Source: an uncultured archaeon
Lineage (GTDB): Archaea; Asgardarchaeota; Thorarchaeia; Thorarchaeales; CAZPUN01
NCBI GenBank assembly: GCA_964589775.1
Contig: CAZPUN010000037.1
Span: 14,057-46,056 of the forward strand
DNA: 32,000 nt
Direction: 5' to 3'
Each line of letters begins with the position of its first letter. Positions within the stretch are counted from its first letter, which is position 1. The notes beneath the pieces were generated by a model that saw nothing but the letters and a program-made list of their open reading frames with translations, was not told where the DNA came from and made no database searches. The position numbers and the translations under genes are program-made. Shown piece by piece: positions 9,232-18,165 of the stretch.

Positions 9232-10866
9232 TTAGAAAATGTCAATTGTTCTTGCAATAGTTTCTTTTCTGCGATAATCAGGCAGTAACATAGGAGCTTT
9301 ACGAGTGGGCGGGATTCCGGCGTTTTGAAGTTCAGTGATATAGTCTTTGACATGTTGTAAAGTGAGCTTGCCAAGCTTTACCTTCTTCGCTTTCTTTGCA
9401 GCATGAATTCCAGCACGTCTGCCAAATACACTGATTTCAAGTAATGAGTTACCCATCAGACGGTTTCTGCCATGAACACCACCACTTGTCTCACCAGCGG
9501 AGTATAGATTAGGAACCTGTGTTTCAGCATTTGCATTAATTATTATTCCACCGTTCATATAATGTAATGTTGGAAATACAAGGATTGGATCTTCAGCCAT
9601 ATTAATTCCGAATCGCTTAAACATACGAAACATAGCCGGTAGTTCTTTTTGAATGGTTCCTTCACCATGAATTACTTCAATCAATGGAGAATCCAGCCAC
9701 ACTCCACGCATGCCGGTAGGAGTGATAATGCCATTATTTCGCTCATAACATTCACGTATTATAACAGAAGACTCAACATCTCGTGTTTCCAGCGGATATG
9801 TAAATTGCTCGCCAAATTTGTTTAATAGCTGCCCACCTAAACCACGGACCTTTTCAGTAATTAATAATCCAACAATCTGCTCAGGATAAGCAGCACCTGT
9901 TGGATGATACTGTACGGCGTCTAAGAATATTGTTTTTGCGCCAGCACGATATGCCATAACTACGCCATCCATTGTAGCACCATAGTGGTTTGTTGTTGGA
10001 AAGCCTTGTACATGTAATCTGCCAAATCCACCAACGGCCATAATTGTAGTTTTTGCACGTACAACATGATACTCTTCAGTTTCCATATTGAATAATACTG
10101 CACCTGCAACTTGTCCTTTATCGTCTTTAATTAATTCAACTGCAGGAGAGAATTCAATAACAGGAATGTCAAGATTCTGTACTTCATCACGTAATGTTTT
10201 CATGATTTCTCCGCCAGAGTAGTCACGTGCAGAATGCATACGTTTTCTACTAGTTCCACCACCGTGTTTTGTACGCATGGTTCCATCAGGTTCTTTATCG
10301 TACATGACTCCAAGTTCTTCATGCCATTTAATAATTAAAGGAGCATCCATAACAAGAGCTTCTACAAGTTCAGGAATGTTATAGAAGTGTCCGCCACCCA
10401 TTACATCAAGATAATGAATCATGGGAGAATCATTTGGTTTATCTGCAGCTTGAATTCCACCTTGCGCCATCATAGTATTAGCGTCGCCATGGCGTAATTT
10501 TGTTGCAATCATTACATCTGCGCCATTGTATTTTGCCCAAAGTGCAGCAGTAGAACCTGCGCCACCACCACCTAGAACAAGCACATCCACGTCATATTCG
10601 ATATCAGTAAGATCAATTTCATCAGGATCAATATGTGGATATGCTTCTAACAAGTCGACAACTTCGTGATTCATTTTGTCGCCCTTATTGGGACCAACTT
10701 TAACAGCACGCTTTGCTTCAGGTTTGTAGTCAGGGTGGTACTTGTGAAGAACTTCTTGAATCTCATCTTCAGTCAACCGGCGATATACTTCATTAAGTCT
10801 TTTATCCCGGGTAGAATGAACTTTTTCAATTAATTCACGCATATAATCAGGATATCCATCACTCAT
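9232..10866 (-). CDS. Fumarate reductase/succinate dehydrogenase flavoprotein-like subunit (SdhA/FrdA/TfrA/NadB superfamily)
   Basis: GGGGAG; ANTMMAQGGI; QYHPTG; LITEKVRG.GG; LETRD; HYMNGG; AGE.SGGVHGRNRLMGNSL. About 90-aa N-terminal extension and a short C-terminus. Start ATG 10866 follows GAGGTGA RBS (ORF track starts at 10875). Confidence 0.9.
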   Translation of the reverse strand: MSDGYPDYMRELIEKVHSTRDKRLNEVYRRLTEDEIQEVLHKYHPDYKPEAKRAVKVGPNKGDKMNHEVVDLLEAYPHIDPDEIDLTDIEYDVDVLVLGGGGAGSTAALWAKYNGADVMIATKLRHGDANTMMAQGGIQAADKPNDSPMIHYLDVMGGGHFYNIPELVEALVMDAPLIIKWHEELGVMYDKEPDGTMRTKHGGGTSRKRMHSARDYSGGEIMKTLRDEVQNLDIPVIEFSPAVELIKDDKGQVAGAVLFNMETEEYHVVRAKTTIMAVGGFGRLHVQGFPTTNHYGATMDGVVMAYRAGAKTIFLDAVQYHPTGAAYPEQIVGLLITEKVRGLGGQLLNKFGEQFTYPLETRDVESSVIIRECYERNNGIITPTGMRGVWLDSPLIEVIHGEGTIQKELPAMFRMFKRFGINMAEDPILVFPTLHYMNGGIIINANAETQVPNLYSAGETSGGVHGRNRLMGNSLLEISVFGRRAGIHAAKKAKKVKLGKLTLQHVKDYITELQNAGIPPTRKAPMLLPDYRRKETIARTIDIF

Positions 10867-10876
10867 TTGATTCACC

Positions 10877-11602
10877 TCATTTTTCTATGTCCCTTGCTTC
10901 ATAGAGTTTCAAAAGCTCTTCCCGGGACATCTTCTTTAGTTTCTCCATTTCTTTGTCAAACTTTCCAGATTCTATTTCCTTTACACGCTCAGCGAGGTGC
11001 TTTGCAGGCTTTGCAATATGTCGAGCATATAACCGCCGTGCAAGTAAGGCAATATAATATTGAGGCATTTCAGCGGGACAACGTGATGCACAAAGACCAC
11101 ACATAATACAATCAAATGATAGATCTGCTGTCTTTGCAATGTCACCACGAAGTGCCGTATTTATATAGTCCATGACTGAAAGTTCCTGAGGACATATTTT
11201 TGTACAAGAGTTACAACTGACACATCGTGCCGCTTCAGGGTAATATTTCAAAATTGTATTTACAGTTGGTTCGAGTTCTTGAATGTTGTATTTTGCTTTA
11301 TTTGCAGGTACAAAAGGTATCTGCGCAAGATACATGCCATCTTGTACAACAGTCTGACAGGCTAATCCACTTCGTAACTTATAGTCACCTTTTAACCGAT
11401 ATATTGTTGCACATGCACCGCAAAAACCAGCTCGGCAACCGGCACCTCGTATATATCGATAACCTGCATACTCAACGGCTTTCATAATGGTAAGATTTTC
11501 AGGAACTTCATACTTCTTACCCATTATGAAAATATTTACCATCTTTACAGGTATAGATTCATCTTGTGATTTTTTCTTAGTTTTTGATGCAGCCTTAACC
11601 AT
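10877..11602 (-). CDS. SdhB/FrdB-like iron-sulfur subunit ([2Fe-2S] + 2x[4Fe-4S])
   Basis: GCRAGFCGAC...LACQ ([2Fe-2S]); CVSCNSCTKICP and CIMCGLCASRCP. Start could be 11602, 11605 or 11611. Confidence 0.88.
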   Translation of the reverse strand: MVKAASKTKKKSQDESIPVKMVNIFIMGKKYEVPENLTIMKAVEYAGYRYIRGAGCRAGFCGACATIYRLKGDYKLRSGLACQTVVQDGMYLAQIPFVPANKAKYNIQELEPTVNTILKYYPEAARCVSCNSCTKICPQELSVMDYINTALRGDIAKTADLSFDCIMCGLCASRCPAEMPQYYIALLARRLYARHIAKPAKHLAERVKEIESGKFDKEMEKLKKMSREELLKLYEARDIEK

Positions 11603-11612
11603 CATTAACACC

Positions 11613-12746
11613 TTACAATGGTTCTAGCTCGTGTTCTTTAAATGTACTTAGAGGGACTGGCTCATCTAAGCTACGACCGGCGACATAGTCAAACACATTC
11701 TGTACATTGAATGCAACTGTCTTAAATATACGGCCAATTGGAATATCCGATGGACATGCTTGTTCACACATACCGCAACTGACACATGATGTTGCCATGT
11801 GTGCCATTCTGCCAATATGGAACAGGAATCGATCAGTAGGCATTGTCATTGCATCTCTTGCATCGAGCCACATATCGAATGTTCTGCCTTCGTATTCAAC
11901 AGCTGATGATTCAAAGAAACATTCTTTACAGAAACAAATAGGACATGCAGTCTTACAGTTATGGCAGTTGATACATGATGCAAACGTCTTTGATAATCCT
12001 TCGACTCCAGCAATGGATTTATTGAATTCATCGAAATACTCATCTCGAACCTTTGTTCTACGGTCTATCCACTCAGTCACCGCGTCCTCTCGGCCCACAG
12101 GGGGCTTTTCTTCTATTTGTATTTCCATCGCACCTAGCAGCGATAGTCCCTTCTCAGTAGTCACTTTAAGGAGGACTTCCTTATTGAAGTCCAAGCCAAT
12201 TAATCCTAATACAAAATCAGTATTTAAAGGCTCAGGATATTCACACATTTTACATATTTCGCGTGAATTTTGTATATTTTGTCCCGATGAAAATGCGTCA
12301 AAAACCCACGAGGACGTGTCTGTACCACCCTTAATAAGCGCTTTATACGTAGAAATATTGATTGTTCCAGGGCAATCAACGCCAAAAAATATCAAATTTT
12401 CAGGGTTTATTTGCTTTAATTTAATTAATTCAATCGTAGCACGCATTTCGCATGGTTTTAGAACAACCGCAATTTTCTTAGATGGGGCGCCATTCCTTGT
12501 TAAATTCTTGAGTAACGTTGCACTATTTACAGCCATAACTGGACTGAATGCATTAGCATTCTCAAGTTCTTTAGGATTCGTAATTAGGCGCTGCATGTAA
12601 GAGGTTTTATCAAGTGTTTCTACTGGGATCATAACTGCATCTACAATTTTCTTCTCAAGAAGAGATTTGAAAAATGCATTCACTGAAGTTCTAGGGTTGC
12701 TATCGGTTACTGGTATCTTTGCATATTTTGTCAACTTATTCACCAC
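11613..12746 (-). CDS. FdhB/FrhB-like (F420 hydrogenase/dehydrogenase beta family) Fe-S protein
   Basis: LLEKKIVDAV; KPCEMRA.IEL.K..QI; GVDCPGT; CKMC; CINCHNCKTACPICFCKEC; FHIGR..HM..SCVSCGMCEQACP. Confidence 0.88.
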   Translation of the reverse strand: MVNKLTKYAKIPVTDSNPRTSVNAFFKSLLEKKIVDAVMIPVETLDKTSYMQRLITNPKELENANAFSPVMAVNSATLLKNLTRNGAPSKKIAVVLKPCEMRATIELIKLKQINPENLIFFGVDCPGTINISTYKALIKGGTDTSSWVFDAFSSGQNIQNSREICKMCEYPEPLNTDFVLGLIGLDFNKEVLLKVTTEKGLSLLGAMEIQIEEKPPVGREDAVTEWIDRRTKVRDEYFDEFNKSIAGVEGLSKTFASCINCHNCKTACPICFCKECFFESSAVEYEGRTFDMWLDARDAMTMPTDRFLFHIGRMAHMATSCVSCGMCEQACPSDIPIGRIFKTVAFNVQNVFDYVAGRSLDEPVPLSTFKEHELEPL

Positions 12747-12747
12747 C

Positions 12748-13170
12748 CTAAATCGTACCTAGCTTTTTAATTTCGCTTGGACCTAATTGCTTCAATTCTT
12801 CAGTAAATTCGGTTACTACATCTGCAAATCGCTTTCCTTCACTTGCAGAAATCCATTCAAGCCTAACGCGCTTTTCATTTAGCCCAAGTGTTTTTAGAAT
12901 TGATTTTACTATCGCAACTCTACGGCGAGCTTTATAGTTTCCAGAAACATAGTGGCAATCGCCAGGATGACAACCTCCAATCATTACACCATCAGCGCCT
13001 TCTAATAGTGCTCTAATGATGTAAGAGGTGTCTACGGAACCACTACACATAACACGAATAGGTCTAATATTAGGTGGATAGTGAATTCGAGATGTACCCG
13101 CAAGATCTGCTGCAGATGAAGTACACCAATTACAGAAGAATCCAACAATTTTTGGTTCAAATTCGCTCAT
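12748..13170 (-). CDS. mvhD: MvhD (hydrogenase delta subunit, [2Fe-2S] adaptor to HdrA)
   Basis: FEPKIVGFFCNWC..AADLAG; IRVMCSG; GADGV.IGGCHPGDCHY..GN; R.RLEWISASEG. Confidence 0.96.
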   Translation of the reverse strand: MSEFEPKIVGFFCNWCTSSAADLAGTSRIHYPPNIRPIRVMCSGSVDTSYIIRALLEGADGVMIGGCHPGDCHYVSGNYKARRRVAIVKSILKTLGLNEKRVRLEWISASEGKRFADVVTEFTEELKQLGPSEIKKLGTI

Positions 13171-13194
13171 TATGGATATTCCTCCAGTTAATTA

Positions 13195-16100
13195 TCATGA
13201 TTCTTTATTATTATTAGTTGAACCCCAAATGAGTGAATCAATAGCTGCGAACATTTGTGGTTCAGTAAATAATCGTAATTTAGCAGCTCCGCTGGGGCAT
13301 GCAGCCGCACATGCACCACAGCCATCACATATAGTTTCACGTACAACTGAGACTTTACGCTCAGGATCAATAAAGCGCGCATCATAAGGACACGCATCAA
13401 CACATAATGCACAACCAGAACAGAAACGTTCAATTGTATATGCGATTAGTCTTCCAGAAGGTGCTTGAACTTTCTTCTTTGATACAATGAATAATGCACT
13501 TTGGGCTGCGGAGTCAGCCAAACGTATAGTGTCTTCAACTGTCCGAGGCGAATAGGAAAGCCCAGCAACAAATACCCCATGTGTTCCAAGATCATATGGT
13601 CTGAATTGAATGTTTATGAATTCATATGGATCATCAGGCGTATCGAAAAAGCCTTCAGGGTCCAGATATGTTTCAAACTTTGTTGCAAGCTCTTTACTTA
13701 CGGAAATGTCTGGGAGGACCGATGTGGCAATCAGTAAGGTATTTACTGTAAGTTCTTGTTGCTTTCCAGAGTAGAAGTCTGTTAAAGATATTGTTACATT
13801 GGAACCATCTGAATTTATTTTTACACCGTAATCAGGATCAATTTTCATGAATTTAACACCCATATCCAGAGCTTTTCGATAATATTTATCAAATAGTCCA
13901 TATGAAATAGTCTTGTTATAAATTACAAAGACATCCTGCTCTGGATTTTGTTCTTTGACATGTATTGCACTACGTAGCATGTGTGGCGTGCATAATCGAG
14001 CGTTTGATACATAGTTTGGTTTTCTAATGCATTCATCATTTATAATCACAATAGAACCAAGTTTCTTCGAATATGATTTATCTTCACGTATATGTTTATC
14101 AAAATCTAAAAGGCTGATGATATTCTGATCATTGATTAGATCAAGTGATTTTGGCTTTGCACCAATTGCGATTATTACTACACCGTATTTTATGGTAACT
14201 CTCTTATCGCCTTCATCAGTCTTAATTAATAGATTTGATTGAAATCTTCCAGCCCATCCGGTGACATCTAATACAGATGCATTAAGATATATGGAAACAC
14301 GCTCATGAGTAGATATTTTATTTACTAAGTTTTTAGTGTATTCAGATATTTTTACATCATCTAATTCCAAAGATATTTCACTAGCAGTCCCACCAAGATG
14401 GTCTGAAGATTCAACCAGAATTACCTCATAACCACGATCTGCGAGAATTTCAGCAGACCTAAGTCCAGCTAAACCGCCACCAATAATGAGAACATGCTTA
14501 TCGTATTCTTCAGTAGGGATGCCATATGGCTCAGAATGAATTGCTTTTTCAATGGCAAATCTTGTCAAATCTATAGCTTTTTGTGTTGCCGCATCTTTAT
14601 CATCATGAACCCATGCGACAAATTCGCGTATCTGAACAAGTTCGCTTAATGCAGGATTTAGACCACCTTGTGCAACAACTTGTTGTAATTTACGACCTTT
14701 TGCGTTTATACCACAACCAGCTAGAATTACACGATTAATTGAAGGATCTGCAGATACTTGTTTTACTTTCGCAATGCCATCTTTGAGACATAGATAATCA
14801 ACAAATTCAACTTTTGAAACACTATAGACAGAAGATAATGCATCTTTCACTCTATCATAATCAATTGTTTTATCGAATTGGCCTCCACATTTACAGAATA
14901 AGACTGCTGTACTAGGTTCTTCAAATTCAACATTACGGAATTTTGGTTGTGGCTTAGGTTTGACATATTTTGAACTTAGATTCGAAATAACGTGAGGAAT
15001 TACAGCAGTACCATCATAAATCGATTCAGAATCGCCCAAAGGACGCACGAATTCACCTATTGCAAAAATACCATCACGTGTAGTAGCACCGGAACTTAGA
15101 GGGCGTACTTTGCAGAATCCAGTTTCGTCCAATTCAATTCCAAATCGTTTAGCCAATTCATTCCAATTAGGGTCAGGTTTTTGACCGGGAGATATTACTA
15201 AAAGGTTTACAGAGAGTGATTTTGGTTCGCCATGATCAACATATTCTATTAAAATATCATCATTTGATTTGGAAACATCAAGCTTATTCGTTTCAATAAT
15301 TTTTATTCCGTTATTCTGCGCACGCTCATAGTAAGCGATGTGCCCCTTACCATATATGCGCAGATCTTTTACAAAAACATATACGTCAATTTCAGGATTT
15401 AATTTCTTTATTTGCATTGCTTCTTCAAGAACTAACATATCAGAACTATAAGAAGCAACTTCAGTATCTGAAAAGCCAACTGTTGAAATTAATCCGACTG
15501 ATCCGGGAATTTTACCATCAGATGGACGAGATAAAGATTCCAACTGAGGCCCCGTACCCATATACCAAAGCTCAAGCTCAGAACTTTTTATGACATTTGG
15601 ATGAGACCCGTATAGGAATTTAGGCAACATTTCATCGGATTCATGATATTCTGGACCAAGAACGATCGCACCAACATTTAGTGTTTCCTCAACTTCCTTA
15701 GGTTCGAGATTTATTGCATTGGTTGGACATACGTTTACGCATTCGCCACATTTCGTGCAATTGTCAAAATCCACATAATAATCAATAGGAGTAACAGGTC
15801 GCAATACGGCAACCATAGCCTTCCTTTCAATGGCTCTACCACGTATATCTTGATCAGTTACAGAAATAGGACATACATCCAAACATTTGTTACAGCCAAT
15901 ACAAAGGTTGGGATCTACAGATTGCTCAGTTCTTTTGATTTTTACTTGGAAATTACCAGCTTCGCCAGTTACGGAAATAACATCGGCTTGATTGATAAGT
16001 TCAACATGTGGAATCTTGTTGATTACAAATCTTAAACAAGTATTACAGATCGCACGAGGATGTTGTAAGCCTAATTGAGACGGAATCTCACCAAGAAACT

Positions 16101-16209
16101 TTCCTTTATTTATAATGAGTGCGCGATATCCAGATTTTCCAAGATTCGCTGCTGCTCTCTGGGCTGCAACATTAGTTCCATATACGAGTACCGTATCCAT
16201 ATTGCTCAT
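13195..16209 (-). CDS. Large tandem HdrA-like flavo-Fe-S protein with degenerate motifs
   Basis: Module 1: degenerate Rossmann VYGTNVAA, CNTC, inserted ferredoxin (CIGCNKCLDVCP, CTKCGECVNVCP). Central HdrA N-domain (FCKCGG, LC, AGC, IRE). Module 2: IIGGGLAG. C-terminal ferredoxin (CSGCALCVDACPY, CDGCGACAAACP). Confidence 0.85.
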   Translation of the reverse strand: MSNMDTVLVYGTNVAAQRAAANLGKSGYRALIINKGKFLGEIPSQLGLQHPRAICNTCLRFVINKIPHVELINQADVISVTGEAGNFQVKIKRTEQSVDPNLCIGCNKCLDVCPISVTDQDIRGRAIERKAMVAVLRPVTPIDYYVDFDNCTKCGECVNVCPTNAINLEPKEVEETLNVGAIVLGPEYHESDEMLPKFLYGSHPNVIKSSELELWYMGTGPQLESLSRPSDGKIPGSVGLISTVGFSDTEVASYSSDMLVLEEAMQIKKLNPEIDVYVFVKDLRIYGKGHIAYYERAQNNGIKIIETNKLDVSKSNDDILIEYVDHGEPKSLSVNLLVISPGQKPDPNWNELAKRFGIELDETGFCKVRPLSSGATTRDGIFAIGEFVRPLGDSESIYDGTAVIPHVISNLSSKYVKPKPQPKFRNVEFEEPSTAVLFCKCGGQFDKTIDYDRVKDALSSVYSVSKVEFVDYLCLKDGIAKVKQVSADPSINRVILAGCGINAKGRKLQQVVAQGGLNPALSELVQIREFVAWVHDDKDAATQKAIDLTRFAIEKAIHSEPYGIPTEEYDKHVLIIGGGLAGLRSAEILADRGYEVILVESSDHLGGTASEISLELDDVKISEYTKNLVNKISTHERVSIYLNASVLDVTGWAGRFQSNLLIKTDEGDKRVTIKYGVVIIAIGAKPKSLDLINDQNIISLLDFDKHIREDKSYSKKLGSIVIINDECIRKPNYVSNARLCTPHMLRSAIHVKEQNPEQDVFVIYNKTISYGLFDKYYRKALDMGVKFMKIDPDYGVKINSDGSNVTISLTDFYSGKQQELTVNTLLIATSVLPDISVSKELATKFETYLDPEGFFDTPDDPYEFINIQFRPYDLGTHGVFVAGLSYSPRTVEDTIRLADSAAQSALFIVSKKKVQAPSGRLIAYTIERFCSGCALCVDACPYDARFIDPERKVSVVRETICDGCGACAAACPSGAAKLRLFTEPQMFAAIDSLIWGSTNNNKES

Positions 16210-16221
16210 TTTTGTACCTCC

Positions 16222-18165
16222 TTAATAGTCCCTCGCAAGAATTTCCACCATATCGAGAATTTGGTCCTTTCTGAAGTTTTGTACTTGTGCCGCACCTGAA
16301 GGACATGCAGCAGAACATGCAGCACACCCTTCACAAAGGGTTTCATTAACTTCTGCTTTCTTAGTTTTTGGATTCACTTTTATTGCGCCATAAGCACATG
16401 CGGCTTCACAAAAACCACAGCCTGCGCAAATAGTATGATCAACGGTTGCAACAATTGGTTCATGCTCAATTTGCTCCTTTGAGAACAATGCCAATACCTT
16501 TCCAGCAGCACCACTAGCTTGTGAAACAGTATCAGTAATATCCTTTGGAAATTGAGCTACTCCTGCTATGTAAATACCGGGCGTCATTGTTTCTAAAGGT
16601 CTAAGCTTAAGATGAGCCTCCTTTAACCAGCCATATTCATCAGTTGTAATTCTTAACTTGGAAGCTAGCTCTCTGATACCCGCACTTGGGAGCATCGCAG
16701 GAGCCAATACAACTAGATCTGCATCAACCTCAATGCTACGACCAGTTAATGTATCTGAGCCATATACTTTTACGACACCGTTTTCCTCAATCACTTTAGA
16801 AACTTTACCTCGAAGATACAATACACGGTCTTCTTCCATGACACGTTGCACAAATTCTTCGTATCCCTTACCATTAGAACGTATATCTATGTAGAAAACA
16901 TAGGCCTGCCCATCAGGCACAGCATGCTTGTATAATAAAGCTTGTTTTGCAACATACATACAACAGATACGAGAACAATATGCTACACCTAGATTTGGAT
17001 CTCTAGATCCAGCACATTGAATAAATACAACATCTTTTGGAACCTTTTTATCAGATGGTCTAAGAACTTCACCACCAGTTGGTCCAGATGCTGCCAATAA
17101 TCGTTCGAATTGTATTGCATCAATTACGTCAGGATATTCTCCGCCACCATACTCTTTAAAGTGCTCCATAGGCATTAAGTCAAATCCAGTAGCTACAATA
17201 ATTGCACCTACTTTGACATCAATATATTCATCAGTCTGGTCAAAATTAATTGCTTTAGGTTCGCATTTTCTCATACATACCTTACACTTAAGACAATTTT
17301 CCATATCAATGGTATATACACTTGGTACGGCTTGATCAAATGGACGATATATTGCTTTACGAATACTCAAATTACGATCAAATTCATTTGGAACTTTCTT
17401 CGGACAGATCTTTGCACATTCACCGCAGCCAAGACATTTATCATAATCAACATATGATGCTTTCTTCTTTATTGTAACATCAAAATTGCCCACAAATCCA
17501 TTAACTTCTTCAACTTCAGAGTATGTATAAAGATGTATATTGGGGTGCTGGCTCACAGCAGTCATTTTGGGAGTCATTATACATTGCGGACAATCAAGTG
17601 TTGGAAACGTTTCAGATAATTGTGCCATTCTACCGCCAATAGTAGGACTCTTTTCAACTAAATAGACTTCATATCCACCATCAGCAATATCTAAGGCGGC
17701 TTGCATACCTGCAATACCACCACCAATGACAAGTGCTTTACGAGTCAATGGTACCTTTAATGGAAGTAAAGATGCATTCGATTTTAGCCGCTCAATGGTG
17801 GCTTGAATGATCCTAATAGCTTTTTTAGTTGCAGTCTCGGGCTCATGTTCATGTGGCCATGAAACTTGTTCACGAATATTTGCAATTTCAACACGATAAG
17901 GATTCAAACCAGCTGCAGCCGCAGCATTGCGAAATGTCTTTTCATGTAATGTAGGAGAACAATTCGCGACAACTACACCATCTAAATTAAACTCTTTTAT
18001 GCGGTCGCGCATAAGCTTTTGCCCGGGTTCAGAACACATATAAACATAAGTCTCAGCATGTACGACATTAGGATAATCTTTGATAACATCACGAACTTTG
18101 TTTACATCAATAGTACCAGCTATGTTTAAACCGCAATGGCAGATGAAAACACCAATTCTCTTCAT
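16222..18165 (-). CDS. hdrA: Heterodisulfide reductase subunit A (canonical)
   Basis: IGVFICHCG.NI; NCSP; NIREQ.SW; IGGGIAG; TFPTLDCPQCI; inserted ferredoxin; QFER; QCAGSRD...YCSRICCMYVAKQA; C-terminal 2x[4Fe-4S]. Confidence 0.96.
   Translation of the reverse strand: MKRIGVFICHCGLNIAGTIDVNKVRDVIKDYPNVVHAETYVYMCSEPGQKLMRDRIKEFNLDGVVVANCSPTLHEKTFRNAAAAAGLNPYRVEIANIREQVSWPHEHEPETATKKAIRIIQATIERLKSNASLLPLKVPLTRKALVIGGGIAGMQAALDIADGGYEVYLVEKSPTIGGRMAQLSETFPTLDCPQCIMTPKMTAVSQHPNIHLYTYSEVEEVNGFVGNFDVTIKKKASYVDYDKCLGCGECAKICPKKVPNEFDRNLSIRKAIYRPFDQAVPSVYTIDMENCLKCKVCMRKCEPKAINFDQTDEYIDVKVGAIIVATGFDLMPMEHFKEYGGGEYPDVIDAIQFERLLAASGPTGGEVLRPSDKKVPKDVVFIQCAGSRDPNLGVAYCSRICCMYVAKQALLYKHAVPDGQAYVFYIDIRSNGKGYEEFVQRVMEEDRVLYLRGKVSKVIEENGVVKVYGSDTLTGRSIEVDADLVVLAPAMLPSAGIRELASKLRITTDEYGWLKEAHLKLRPLETMTPGIYIAGVAQFPKDITDTVSQASGAAGKVLALFSKEQIEHEPIVATVDHTICAGCGFCEAACAYGAIKVNPKTKKAEVNETLCEGCAACSAACPSGAAQVQNFRKDQILDMVEILARDY

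Noticed and set aside
11707-12600. 297-aa plus-strand ORF
   Set aside because: Antisense shadow of the well-supported fdhB-like gene, with no motifs. The same applies to the other short overlapping ORFs in the track (e.g. 1319-1753, 13188-13433, 20516-20983, 26096-26404).
12748-18165. Selenocysteine recoding in HdrA/MvhD (known selenoproteins in some archaea)
   Set aside because: The ORFs are uninterrupted and carry Cys at the relevant motifs (DCPQC, CNWC, GCHPGDC). There is no in-frame TGA.
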